Shown one piece after another: positions 14,901 to 29,900 of a stretch of 64,000 bases of DNA. Positions within the stretch are counted from its first letter, which is position 1, and each line of letters opens with the position of its first letter. A program made the position numbers and the translations under genes. This stretch comes from Tubulanus polymorphus (lineage: Eukaryota > Animalia > Nemertea), in the NCBI RefSeq assembly GCF_964204645.1, contig NC_134025.1, forward strand, positions 4,464,001 to 4,528,000. The letters are read 5' to 3'. The notes beneath the pieces were generated by a model that saw only the letters and a list, made by a program, of their open reading frames with translations, made no database searches and had not been told where the DNA came from.

Positions 14901-17900
14901 TCCTGTAGCAACTGTAAACGAACATGATTACGTCCTGGTTCGACCGATCAATGCTCGCAGAATTTTCGTATGTGTCCGCCAGAAATTAATCGTGAAGAAG
15001 AACGCCCGAATAAAGCACGTTGGTCGGATATCAAAACATAATTTTCTCGGCAGCTCATCAAACACAGGCCATTAATCAACGGCAAGGACATCGAGAGCAT
15101 TACTACTGAAACTATGCAGCAGGGAAACAAAACTTGTATGATTCATCTGGTGGTGATCATCTATCATCTATCAGAGTCTGTTGCACAACTTAAACGAGTT
15201 CGTTCATAACTCCAAATACTTCTAGCTAACTGATAAACAATGTGGAAAATCATACACAAAAATGTCACATTTGGTCAATTATATCAATACAGTCTTAACA
15301 TTCAGACCCGATAATTAATCAGTCTAGAAAACTAACTGTAAAACAACTTTTGAGTCAGAGTCACGACTGATGGAACAGTCATTAAGCTACTATCTCTCCT
15401 GAAGACACGATGAACATGTCTGCGAATACATCTCTGAACATCTTCACATTCCGAGCTCGACGACGAAAATGCTCATCTTACAACAATAGATTACTGAACC
15501 TATCAATGACAACGCTTTGTCATCGATTGTTGTTCGAAATAAATGAACGCCGTAAAAAACCCTCGAATTTTTTCCGGTTGGTCGGCTTCGTCGAGGACAT
15601 TGATAGATGATCGATGAGTGAAGTGAGACTGACTCAAACTATACCGTCATCTTCGTTCTCGATTTCATCCCGTTCTGGGATCGATATCGGTAGTTTTACG
15701 TTGACTTCTTTTTTAAATGTCATCTTTCGTAGCCCCGGGTCATCATCAGCTACGCGATATATCATCAATCATCGATGAATTAAACTATAAGAACCGCGAT
15801 CATGTCTCCACGATTAATAATTACACAATCTACGAATCCAACAGATATAACGCAGTAATACCGTAATACCACTACATTTACAACCTACACGAAAATCCTA
15901 AACGTGAAGACTCAAGTGAATAAACAGAAGTACAGAAACCGGGGGACAAATTGATGAACTCCGCAATTTTTTAATTTTTTCACATCCTAAAAATCGGCAT
16001 TTTCGACATTTTCGCATTTTTGACAACAAAATGCCAGGATTCTTTTCTGATTTTTCACATGAAGGCACGATTACATAAGAGTTAATGAGCACAAGCTGAA
16101 CGAATTAAAATAAAATTTCTTGAAAAATCTTACACGGCTTGTGAATGAATTTTGAGCATCCCACAATATTTTGATAGAACTTTTCTTGAACTTTCATACA
16201 TTTTCATGATTTTTCAAATTTTTTCATAAGCTGATATCCATGTTCACATTTTTCATCAGTCCTCGGGCAGCAATACTGCTAGTGTCTACCAGCAGTATCA
16301 ATGATAATGAAGAAAAAGCCAAAGCATCACTAGAAATGATACCGGTATCAGTCATCTGCGAGAATGCAGTAACAATGCAATCTTATAAATTACTAGTGGA
16401 CTAGATTTTATCGAACAATAGGAAACAATCGACATAATTAGACATTTGAGCGAAGTCCGGTGACCTCACGTGCGCATCAGTTAATAATGCACTTCACTAG
16501 TTTCTAATACGTCAATTCATTGTCACAAACTGATAATTAACAATAGAGAACTCGAGCAGAAGACCAATCAATCAAAATAAACGTAATCCATCATTCATTC
16601 AACTGGATAACGGGTAATAATAATGATTTGTATCCTGATTGACAAACTAGATACGATAAATCACTTACGACAAGACAAAGTAGCGATTTATAGTTTATAG
16701 AGACCGGTGTATGATTAGTAGCTAATCACAACCTCAACAACTGATTCAATCAAATTTGTGATTAGCTTAGCATAATCTATATAAGGGAGAAGAAGAGTTA
16801 AGGTATTGTGATGCGAATGAAATCAGACCTTCAGTCTCATCAAGAGATAGATATTAAGTTTCAGTCTTACCTGCGCGACTGTTTCGAAATGTTCGTGGCT
16901 TTTCTGCAGCGCTTTCGCTCGTTGCAAAGTTTTGCCGATGGACGTGTTCTTTTTGAGAAAAACGTCTCCGTGATTATCGAGCCAATCGATAACCTGTTTC
17001 ACGTCTTGCTGAAACAAGCATAATCCTAATCTCTGGTGCAGACGCACTTTTTTCGAGTGCCAGATTTGTTCTAATTGTCGGTGGTGAGAGAGCACCTGAA
17101 AAAATCGTACGAGAAACAATGTATTCAAGAACGAGACAAGTAAGAAATATGTATAAGTAAATCTATTGTAAGTATGAAGCGGTATTAAGTTTTTACATAA
17201 CGGCAAAAGACCAACTAAATGACGGTTTAGTTGACCCAAACTAGTTGTATTTGACAGGTTCAGAATTGATGAATTCTTCATCATTTCATTACCTCATGTA
17301 TAACATCGAGTACATGAGCAGCACCCTCAGAATAATCAGCTTTAGCTGTAAGTGAATTGTTACTGCCGCATGTGACCGGTGTTTGTAGAGTATCTAATAA
17401 TGATTTTCCATCCGAACACACCTGAAAAATAGAACACTTCTAACATGTAGTCTCATCCCAGAGAAATAGATTTTTTAGTGTTTTTGAGTTTAGTACAAGT
17501 TTTTGTTCGCAGACAGAATTGTACCTCAGAATAAGCCTGAATAATGCCTTCAGTGATTGTCTGTTGCTGTTGTATCGTTTCTTCTAAATCTGGAACTTCA
17601 GTTGGTACATCTAATTTCTCGACCATTACTCGCCAGCTCGGTATTTGACATAAGTACTGATTAAAATATTAAGCCATAATTAAGTCAGTGAAATTTAAAA
17701 TTTTAGTTAAATGAATCATAAGACTCTCAGTTACAATAAATAGGAGAAAACTAATTCAAAGGTGATAAGAGTAAAATCGATTTCAATTTCCAGTATTTCT
17801 GAAGATGACAACTAGGATATGGACTAATAGGATATAGTCCATACATTGAATAAACAACTAGCTGAAAGAAACATTTTCTGACTGAATTTGTCGTTATTGT

Positions 17901-20900
17901 TCTCTTTATATTCAAATTTCAAAAGTGCAATCAGTAACAAATTGAAATTTTTCAGTAACATTTCATTGAAATATGAAAGAAAATGTTCAAATTAATCAGT
18001 AATCAACAGTAAGACCGTCAGTGTCATCTTTCATATTTCTGTATGCATCAAACAAATCAAATCAGTATTTCTTGTTATGAAATAGAAACAAACACTGCAA
18101 ATTAGGAGAAGTTGGCAGCTCTGAACCTGTGTATGATATCTTAAATACTACTAACCTCTTCCGCTCGTTTGTGAAAATTAACGGACATTAAAAGCACGCT
18201 GCTACGATCTTCTAAAGCAGCGGCGAAGTTCTTCCATTCTCTATCGAGTCTGTTACTCGTGCGTATGATCTGTTGAGACGCGAAGTGACCAGCTTCGCTC
18301 AATCTCTGAGCGACATCCAGAATTCGACTTATATTCACGCAAACATTCTGCCAAAATTGCAAAAATAATATTAGTTGTGAAAAGTGGAAATGATGAGTAC
18401 TGATAACAGCTTCGAAAATATGAAAACATACCATTGCGTTTTCAGTGAATTGTGCGTGGTCAGCTTGCAATTCCAGGGCCATATCTTTTGATACACCAAC
18501 TTCAGTATAATTGACTAGAAATAACTCTTTATTATAATGCAACCATTCAAACATCTAAAAATATAAGAAAGGCAGATCTTTAATATGATTAATATACATA
18601 AAGTTTATATAATAAGAGTATTCTTTATAGGGACAAGGTAGTCATGAGTATCTTAGATGTTCTATGTCTAATACTGAATAGGGCACCAAAAATTGCATTA
18701 ATAATATCAACAAGTATAGGCTTTTAAATACGTGGTTTCAGTAAGTCCTTGTAAACAAGTATGATAGGAAAAATTTCACGATTTTCAAATCTTTTCAAAC
18801 CTTTTCAACATCTTGTTCAAACAATCTCAACTGAAAACATTGTTCAAGTTTGGTTTTGCGAGACGTCCAAAGCTGGTGTAACCGAGTACGAATTGAATGT
18901 AGATCATCTAGCACCTCTGTGATCTGTGGTATTGCCATTTGAAAATCTGCATTATGCGCTATCCAACCTAGGAGAATTTAAAAGAAACATCCTGACATAA
19001 ACTGCAAGTAGATAGCAAAATATAAGAGGTCATCACAATACAAGTATCTAAAGAGAAATCTCCATATAATCAGGTTGAATTCTGATATGTTTATAAGTAT
19101 ATGATTGGTATATCGGAGAAAATCATCAATCATACATTTTGAATAAAGCTTTCAGCTCGGCTTGTATGACGAGGGAATATTAGTGATGGTGTAGTTGTAG
19201 CCGAGTATTTGCCTTTGAGGTAGGATTCACATTACACTCGAATAAAAGTGTATTCACTGATGCTTCTTCACTGGTGATATTGATTGGTGTGTACGAAATA
19301 CATACATCTAAAATAGCTGCCAAAATGCCAGGTAACCTTAACCACGGAATTTTTAGAGCATTCTGTGATTCTATTTTGAAAATATTTTTATGAATGCCGA
19401 TTGATTTTAACATTTTACATGTTTGAACTACCAGCATCTAAGTACCAGTAGTTATACAGTCTACAGTTGATATAAAGCTGTTGCAATGGTCAATGCTAGG
19501 AGCATTCAGATGATTACTCCAAGGTTAATGTAAAAGAAAAATATAATTTGCAGGTGCAATCAACTCGAATGTAATCAGCTAATGCAGTACTATAGTTGAT
19601 GGTTGAATATGGAATATTTCTACAGCACTTGGAAACATGTATTGCGTATCATTTTCAGGATATTCACCTGTTTTTCGATCATCGTACAAACCACTAGCAC
19701 CTCCGATACGCTGCATTATCTTGCGTCCATCTTCCTCGATGAACTCTACAGGAGCTTTGACTATTCGGTTTTTTAGATGATTATGTTCCTCTATCATGAG
19801 TTTAGCACCATTCAAATTATCAGGCAGTTCGGGATTCGTCAGAATTCCCTGAAGCTGTTCGAACTTATTTAACATGTCATGGGTTTTCCAAAAGAAGTCT
19901 TCCAAGTGCTGAAACATATAGATATATATTACAAAATCATACATACTTCAATTTACACTTCATTGCATATTTCTAACACATTATTCATAAACATTACTAA
20001 CCAGTCTGAGATCAATCCATTCTTCATTATCGTACGGTAAAGTTCCGTCGAGATCAGCTGTCAATTGACCTGGCTCAACCATCTTCATCAACTGGTCAAC
20101 TGAGACCATACTCGTCTTCAAAACGAAAGTGACAACTTAAGCGTTTTTTTCTTAATATCAAATCATTCAAATATTGAGAGGCCAAAAACAACGATTTTCT
20201 ATATGACCGTGCCAGACTAGTAAACAATACAGGTTGAACTTACCTCAAAGTTATATTTTGAACTGCCGACGCTTGTTTTTTGTTTTTCCCAAAACTTTTC
20301 CGGTTTTGTAATAAATGCATGTTGTATCGTGTACGGAAAACATTCCTGATCGAAAAAAAGAAAAGATCGTCAAAAAAAATGTTGATAGAAAAACAATATA
20401 TACAAATACATAAAACATAGATCTCCCGAGCATTGTTGAAATGTTTGAAAGCCCCATCGAGCGACGCGTACCGGCAAAAAATACATGAAACAGTCGTCAT
20501 TAACGCTTTAGAACGTTGAACAAGCCACCGCGTAATACTTACTAATACCACCCAGTTCCCACAGAAGAGGATTATAACAATTTTCTATTAGCTCCCACAT
20601 CTCGACTCCGGTGGGACTAATGGCGACTTTCAGCTGAACAATGTTTACAGTGTACTTTCAACTGATTCCATTAAAAGCACTTTACACTGGAAGTTTCTCA
20701 GTTGAATGCAGTAAGAGGAATAGGAGCCAAGCAAATAATAACACATTTTTCGAATTGAAGGTTCAAAACGATTTTAATAGCCTTGAAATTTATGCCAATT
20801 TTCGGATAGGAATTTTAACAACAATTACAAAATTGATGTCAACTACAATCCAAAGATTCAAGATTCAAATTCAAGGCCTCCTCAAAATGACCCAATCAGA

Positions 20901-23900
20901 ATAATGTTGCTGATAGAAACATTTAAAAGCCCTAGCGATGGTTTGCGGCGATAGGCATCGTAGATTTATATTTCGTCTATTATATTTCAATTTTCAGGAC
21001 TATTTCAATTCACAAATCAATGAAAAGTTAAGTCATAAACTACTTCACGTTGTACACACTTAAACATTGCTTTATATGTGAAATACAATGTACTGCTTTT
21101 AAAGTGTTTACACCATTCGATCAATTGTTCTACATCTTTTCCATCGAAATTAATTGAATAATGTAGTGTGCACTGTGACAGGCAATCATTGCTAGACAGA
21201 CAAGGCCATGTTCGACTCAAATTGCCTGCTATAATTACAGCAAAGACAGTGTGTCCTTATTGTCGGATGAGAAGTTGAACTGATTTTGTTATTCAGATAA
21301 AAATGGATCAAGAAGAGAACAGTTTTCGTTAAGCAAATGATTTGCTGAAACATAATCAGTAAAAATTACGTCCATTGAATTACTGATTTTGGGAAAAGAT
21401 TTGCAGTTTGCCTAAATGTTCGGGAAATACTATGTGGAAGTTTGGAATCTCTTTTTCGTTGTAGGTTGCCGAAAAGATGACTTTATTAGTAAAGATTGGC
21501 ATGTTTGCTTTTCTCAAAGTTCCTGCCAACGGTAATGGGTATCTGAAGCAGTCCCCTTGTGGATAGGTCATCACATCCGAATATTCTCCACTAGTCACTA
21601 CACTGACCATTCAAGACAAATTGCTGAGCTTCGAATATCGGCATAACTCAGTGGAGCAGTGGGCGTGAGTATGGGGAATCCCAGGTTAAAATCCTGCAAA
21701 AATTGGTCACATTTCTATTCTATAGATGAATATATCATTCTTAATCTTTTAGTTATGTCTAAGGTTCCTCTTTTGGTCGAAAAGTTGCTATATTTAGAAT
21801 TAAGTGCTGCCCTAGTATCAAAATCCTGGATGCGGGCTTGCTCACTGGATATTAGTGACAGAATATTTCTCACATTACCTGCAAGACTTTGAGTATTGGT
21901 TTGATACTATTCCAGGTGGAGCCACGAGTATCAATTACGACCGTGTAGCCGCGATTTTTTACCTCATCGCTGAAAAATCAGAACAGATTATATCATATAC
22001 ATCAAAGACGGAAGGTACCTGCTCGCATGCTAGGCTACGAAACAACCAAGTTAGTTGCTGACCAAATTGCATTAAATAGCTGCCATACACTGGTATCTCA
22101 TAAATGATCAAAGCTAATCATGTTTTGTGCGCTATTATTCAAGAACTAAGACATCTTGTGCAGAAAATCTTCATAGCTATCAATTAGTAATACTGTATGA
22201 TAAAATGCTCCATCAACAGTTTACATTGGAATAGATAGACTGGAAATTCTTGTATCTCTATCAAATAGTGATTTACCAATCAAGAAAATGGTTTGATAAA
22301 ACGTGGAGCAATTTGATAATAATGAACATAAAACTCGAGAGATGGATTTTTAAAGATTGGGTTCAGTTTTTCGAATGAAGTCGAAATAGCAAAACATGGA
22401 CGATTCTAAATCAGTGCTCGTTTATACGCAATCAGCACACCCACATACTAATCACTTCATATCAGGGATGTTTCACGAGAGTCAATTTACTGCGGTATAC
22501 CAGCTGATCAGTTTGACAAGGTGTTTTCAGTTTCAACAGTTTTCATCATACAAAAAGAGTTTCATCCATCTCCGAAAGCTAAGTTCAGATTTAGAATATA
22601 TACTGTTACGTAGCTGATATGATGGCGATTTATTTCAGATACGAATTAAGAAAAAAATAAAAGATAGGTAAAATCTGTTTATGCGCGTTTTACGGTGAAC
22701 AAAACGCTACTTTCATCCGCAACCAAAACGCCAAATAAATAAATAATTATTGCTCACTGGCTAACACTGTGTATGCCAAGCAAACTACTTAATTATACTC
22801 ATTAACCTGTTTCTAACATCAAGCATCGTATAAACTAGACAGAATCGAACAGTTCGTCCATTTTGTGAACGCGCACACGAAAACACATGAAATCAGGGTA
22901 ATTTGTGCGTCGTTTATACGAGAAAGAGTCCTGTTTTATCTGAGCTGCCAAAACTGTTTAAGCCGCAGCAGCAGTCTTATCAATTAAGAGTGAAATCGAT
23001 AAGCAGGCTGCAGTTGGCATCGATGAATTAATGTACTTATGAGGACAGGTTTGATTGATGGTGATATTTCAAGCTTATGTCATTGTTGGTTTCAACATAC
23101 ACATGATAACTGATAACGCACAACACACATAGTAAATGAGAAGATTGATAATTGCTCTAATGAGCTGAATTTAACTGGGATTTAATGCATGTACCGATAC
23201 GTGACACTGAGTCTGAGAAAAATGGAAAAGACCGTTTATTCTCGTTGTAGCACTAGAATATGAGTTGCTATCAATCATGTACGGGCGATTTGGCCTGGGT
23301 TGAACTGACCCACACCAGACTGCGAGTCAAATTCAGCCCATGCGCGGGTCAAAAACACTTGTGTGATCGGGACTATAGACCAGTTGCTCAAAAGTTGCTT
23401 AGAGCATGGACGTATAAAATCTAGTATCTAGCATCTAGTTTATACGTCCATGCTTAGAGTTAACCAGTGAATAGTTGACAGTGACAATTAAAAGTTCATT
23501 GTCACTATGGTAATTATCCACCAGTTATCTTCAACACACTGTTGAGCAACAGCCCCTGGATTGATGAAATCTAAATCAATCAGATATTTGTTAAAATTGA
23601 CATCAACATCGAGATGTTTGACTGAACAATAAACCTGTGTTGTACCTTGGCACACTCGCTAAGTAGAGAATCAGTATACGCAGTTCTTCATACGGCACCT
23701 TGTCCGGATGGGCATTCGCTGGGATTGTCAATATAGGTCCACCTCGTTTATCTCTGCCACCTGAAACGGTACGTCATAGGAAATAAAAAAACTTTTATAC
23801 ATTTTTCGATAAATCCACGCAGCCTTTCTAATCATATTTAGAATAAGCCTTCTCTTTGTTGATAGGATCAAATTTATAACCACACGTTCGTTTCAAGCAA

Positions 23901-26900
23901 CAGTGTCATATACAAATCATATATACCTCAGACATGGCTAGAGGCTGAAGAAAACTCATCAGTGTTTTTCGCGAGAATAAATACACCGGAATTAACTTCA
24001 TAAAGATCATACAGCTGCGTGCATGTGCACAGGGGAGTATGATAAAAATTGAATATAGTTGATTGTTGTTGTACCTGATAAGTAGACGATACGTTCTCGC
24101 AATAATGGCACAATTTCAGCAGCGCGAATCTGGTCCGTTTTATGAGCGACTGAAACGATAAAGCGCAATAAATATGAGACGAATAGTGAAAAAGGGCGTA
24201 AATCTGGTTAGCAATTCTTTTCACAAGTTTATCGATTGTCAGTCGACGACATCGAATTATTGTTTGACTTACAACAGAAATACAGGAACGATTAATACAC
24301 AGAGATCGCGACTCAACGAGCGAAAAGTTTCTACTATCGAACCACAATTAGCCTAATTGGCTAGAAAAATATATTTTGATTGATTTTTTAAAATGTCTTT
24401 CAAGGGTCTCTTTTATTATTGAACATTCAATCAAATAGGACACATGTTCCGTCGATAAATGGCACTCCTATTCATATTGAAGCGTAGAAGACCTCCGACG
24501 AGACCCTTCCAAAGATGGCCATTGAATAATTGAGGAATTTCAATCCCACGAGACCGGTGCTAGGAAACATCTCCAGTCAGACTAGACCTACAGATTTAGC
24601 GCGTATATAGTCGTATTTGGTCAGACACGAGGGAACTAACCATTAAAATGGCTTCTTTCTATCAGCCGTTGCTAAGCGTATATACATTACGACTCGTGTA
24701 AGTGAAGCGCATCAGAAGGTTCGACATACTGACGATTAAATATATCAAATTTATATCGTTTGTCAAATTGAAATGTCGTCATAATCTAATCATCATAGGC
24801 GTGGCTGATATATGATATCCATCTGTTATATACGTCTGACCTTATAACTGTGAATTTGATATGTAACACAGGATTACCAAACTTAGTATCGAATATATCC
24901 GTATAAATGATTTTAAATTTTAACTGGTTTCGATAAAAATCACACAGGATGGCCACTTTTATTTTACTTGCTTTTCCCCCGACTTTTGCCCGACTATTCC
25001 GCGACAAGGATGTTGTTTGCCCTGACTGATCTGCTAAGAATTTAACCCATTAACACAGTCAAATACATAAGGCAAATATGGAAACTGTTTGATTTTATGC
25101 GTAATCTAGCAATCTCAACATATTTCGCTGACATTTCTCTGATTTCTAGCTATTATACAAAACTTTTTTTAAAGAAAAGAAAATCCCCTGACTTTTCCCT
25201 GATTTCCAGGTAAGCGGCCACCCTGTCACAGGTCGATAAATTCAAGACTAAAGGCAATAATCCTTCATATCTGGTATATAACTGAAGTCACTCTTCCCTA
25301 CTCTCATATATCAGGATTATACCCGGTTCAACGTTTCTATCGTGGTAGAAGATTTAAGTATCAAGCGCGTTGATCGATAAATCTTTTTATGCTTAATCTT
25401 CAAAATGTTATGAAATGGAATTCAGAATCGGAGGGAGATGAAAGCGATCAATTTTTCAGTAGACAACCTTCAAAGTGTGACTCTTACGAACGTGGGCATT
25501 GCATAATTGAAGCATCCCACGCAACTTAATACCATGAACATCTCCAGTTTACCTAAATTCAATGCTCACCACCGCCTTTAGTTACTGTCACAAAGCTATA
25601 CACATCAATATGAAAACCAATGAAAATCATCAGGACCCAATTCCACAGTTCCCAGTTCTGTGGAACTGGATCCAGCTGGTTGGTTGTTTTGCCAGCAACT
25701 AGATTATTTCGGGTAGTTGTAACTAACTTTTAGCCTCTGAACATCAGAGTACCATGAGTGAAAAATGACAGGGTACATCGAGGTTTCCATCACGAATTGT
25801 AGGTTACTGGTTTCTCTATACAAAGGGATTAAAGTGTACTTCAAAATCGAAACTAACTTGAATCAGAGTAAAAAAACGATAGTTTCCGTGCAGACTTCCG
25901 TTATAGATGATGAATGATTACATTTCGAACACTATTCTGAATATGAGACCATCTCGTTGTTTTCTACGTCGAGTTAATCATTCATAATATAGATAAATTC
26001 AATGTCAGGTTTGATTTCAAATTCAAATAGATAATCGCTCCCATACTGAATATACTATATTTATCAGAATTGTATAATCTATATTTAAACAACAAAGCAT
26101 TCTATTTTTTCTTTAAATTCTGTCAGCGCAATAAAATAGAAGCGAAATAAAATCTCCCTGGTTTTGAAAGTCGTAATCGATACATTTTGTATATGTATGA
26201 ACGTATACTGTGAATTTGTGCCGAAGATCAATAAGACAAGATGAATGAACGTATGTCAAAAACTAATTGAAGAATCAAATTTCACCTTGGCGAGTGCAAT
26301 TTTGAAGAGCGACATAGCAGAGCAGTTCACGTTCAAGGATCACGGCGTGGCTTATTATTTCGATCTAAGGTAAGCCATTCCGAAGAGAAAAAAAAATACC
26401 AAAACACCATCATCTCTCACTCTCTCACCTTTCCATTTAACAAATATATCGAATCCTTCGGTTAATCCTTCGAATTCGTACCAAGACCGGCGATTCCGAG
26501 CTTTCTCACGACGTCGTCCACCGCTCATAATTATACCTCGATAAAATCTTAAGCGGCGATTCCTACCGAAGACGATTACCCGACATCGCGCAGGTGTTCG
26601 GGAGGCCGATTACCAAAAACCACGATTACTGTCAACTTATTCATATTTAGCGGTCGTGCTTTTTTCCTCGTTACGATATTCTACCCCGTCGCCGATCTAA
26701 TCGAACAATAATCCATACCGAATACGAGAATATTTGATTAACATCGCACCAAACCGCGAACGTTCAATCGAGTCCGAATTCAATCTATAGTTCCGTTCAC
26801 AACGCACAACGACATCTTATCACTGATCAATGCGATTAATGGCAAAAAAACGAATATCCCGACCCGATGATTATTAATCCATGCAGGTATCCGAACGAAT

Positions 26901-29900
26901 ATCGTCATCTATCGACGAGGAGTATATCGTACACTAACACCGTACATCCATTCGTGTACACTCCGTCGCGCGACTTTAATTATATTTTTTCCTTCGAACT
27001 CACAAGCACGAAATCAACGTTGTCAACAAAATCGACGCATTATTCGAGGCTCGTTGATGACCTTCGATTAGCAGTAGCTCAGCAATAACTCCTCCTCTGT
27101 TCGCTCTCTCTCTCTCTCTCCTCTCTCTCGTGCGTGCACACTTGTAGCTCTCACAAATGAATAGCGTTCTTTATTACACGACAGCTCACGAACCGTTTCT
27201 CCACAGCCGCGGCGCGATCGTCATTAATAAAAAAGACTTTCATTCATTAACACTAACTAAATGAGTTTTATTACATTCTTGTGTAACTCTCACTCTCTCT
27301 GTCTCGGAACTCGCTACCTCATATCCAGCTGATGATAACACCGAACATCACTATTACGCCGTATCGGCAAATATCGCCGCGTTACGAGATGATTACTCCC
27401 TAGGGACCGTAACAGTGACACCGAAATTCACCGGACTTCCATCGAGCGTGACGTAACAGAACTCATTTGGTTTCGGCTAATCTCGACAAACGCACGATAT
27501 TTCAATAGTCAATATGTGATATCCTCGTTTAATGCGCGATACACATATACCGCGTATAATACGCGAGGCAACCACGATATAGTATCGTATTTTTCTTACC
27601 GCTACTCGAAACAGTAACCGTCTCTCTCGGTGGAAAGTTGCATTCAAGAATCCGGTTTCGAGCGATTCCGACGTGTAACCATATCCATCTACGCAACTTC
27701 GAACACACCAGTTTTTCATATCCACGAGGTTCAACCGCACACGGCTGGCTTCAAGCGCGAATCATTTGCTTTCGCGACTTGACATCGTGACACAGTTGAA
27801 AGTACGAGTGTACGACGAGGACCCAGTTTTCCGTCGACAAATTTCAAATCCGGACCGAGTGATTTCCTGTCCAACCTGGTATTCAATACACGGTTCAGTC
27901 CAGCGTTTCATCGAGTCCTGACCACTGCATCTCTCTACATAACATCCAATTTATACGCGTTGATCCACAGATGTAAGAACAATAAGCCGAACACTCGCCT
28001 CGTGTGTATCGAACGAGATCAGTCGCGTAGTAGACGACGACTACGACACCCGAATCAGGAGCAGCAGTTTTATGATCATATTTTGACCTGCCTTCAGCCA
28101 ATAATTTTTGTGGCAATTAAGTATTTATAGATGACAGACATTAGTACTTGTACTGACGGCTGCGATGTAAATTGCCAGTGGTGATATACAAAGTTCGTTT
28201 GAATTAATAAGCGATGTAGAAATCACGACTACTGAAATCATGACACCCACGAGTCGTAAAGCGTATTGGCTTTCTTTCCTATTTACAATAGTTTACTTCT
28301 AAGATTTCTCTCGCGATCTGTTTTTCCAATAAAATGACGAATCAATCTTTCCTTCCTCGTGAATGCCGAGCTTTGACTGTAGTTGTCCGCGTTCCATAAC
28401 AGATATAATAAAGCCTGCCGGTATTTCCTTTTCTGTCCGGGAACATTTGTATAGTATGAGATACCTGGATGGATGACTGATGTTATATCGAATCTGAACA
28501 CACACGCGGTGTGTACAAACTTAAACACGACTAGTGCATTACATTAGAAAAACAATATAGAACATTATCTCGAGAGTTTCTCGAGATTATATTGTCTATA
28601 ATGATAAGAAAGTGTACACAATATCTAGATATCAATCGTGCCAGACTAATGCGAGGACAAACTTTATCCTCAAGTGAATTTTAGCTTAAATCGAGTTTAC
28701 CATTTGGTTACTGATGACTATCTACTTCACCTCTGATATCTAATGAGTTACCTATAGTGATACTGTTTCATCTTGAAATAGGGAATTGTCTGTTCAATAC
28801 ATTTGATTGATTCATTTGATGTCCTTTCCACCACACCTACCAGGAACGAAACAGGGGGTTTGTTTAGAAATCACATATCAAAGTACACAGATGCAGTTTG
28901 ATGTTTGTTCCAATTTACATATTCTTTTTTTCAAATCGAAGTATATAATTGGAAATTTCAGTTACGGTTCATGTAAACAATATTCCGTCCAGCCTGAATC
29001 AGCTAGCTCTCTTTCAGCAATTCAAACTCTGACATGATTCACTATAGATGACAGCTGTGAAGCTGCAATATTTATCACTCTACTATTGCAAAAGACACCC
29101 AATGGGTATCGAAAACTGTATTACTGTATTCCTACAAGCTTTACACGAAACCAATGCAAAATAGTTACAGAAATCATAGAATCGAAAACTATGGAAGCTG
29201 TCAGTATATTTGGCTTGAAATAACTTCGTATGAACAAACCCCATCTAAATATCGATAAAACCAACCTCTCTCAAGTGATGTATGACAACATGTCCTTGTA
29301 ATGAGTACCATATGCCAACGACCTGCCCAAATTGGCCCGAGGGACAATTAGCAGAAAGCTGATAATTTGAATTCTATTACATTAACTAGTCAGAGTCAGT
29401 GGTATAGTGGTAGACATCATTGTGTATAGGTTTTACATGAACCAGTAATGCACAGAGGTATTTTAATAATATAGGCCTAAAACAATGCAGCCCTTATTAC
29501 AGCACAACAACATCCACGAAGCTTTATACATATATTTCGTTAATACCCGCGCTGCCTATTCTACATCCAGTTGATTGAGAAGGTAATCTAAAGATGAGTC
29601 TCGCAAATTAATCATTTGTTCATCGGAACAGATTTAACGAAAGTAGATGCAAAAAACGTACTTAATTTCAGGAAAGCATTTGTCTATTGTCAGCGGAGAC
29701 AATTCTCATGTAAGATGTAAAGATTTTTCACGTATGAGAATTAGTCGTAGGCGATACCTTTTCAATATGGTGAGGAGACATGAAACAGTATAGGCTACAA
29801 CCTGAATGAATTTCTATTTGTCCGACGCAAACAACTAATTTAAGCAAACATAAACCCATAATTGGTATTATCGGCAGTCACAAATTTTAATCAAAAACCG

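Noticed and set aside
15645-15765. ATG-initiated exon-like segment ([26 protein letters not shown]...) on the minus strand in the long Trio intron
   Set aside because: Ends in phase 1 while the next Trio acceptor (9833) is phase 0; no bridging exon found
17816-17843. Small hairpin tatggacta...tagtccata resembling the CATGGAC elements
   Set aside because: Termini differ and there is no flanking target-site duplication
23928-24347. 139-aa minus-strand ORF
   Set aside because: Overlaps the real 75-nt Trio exon in a different frame; not a separate gene
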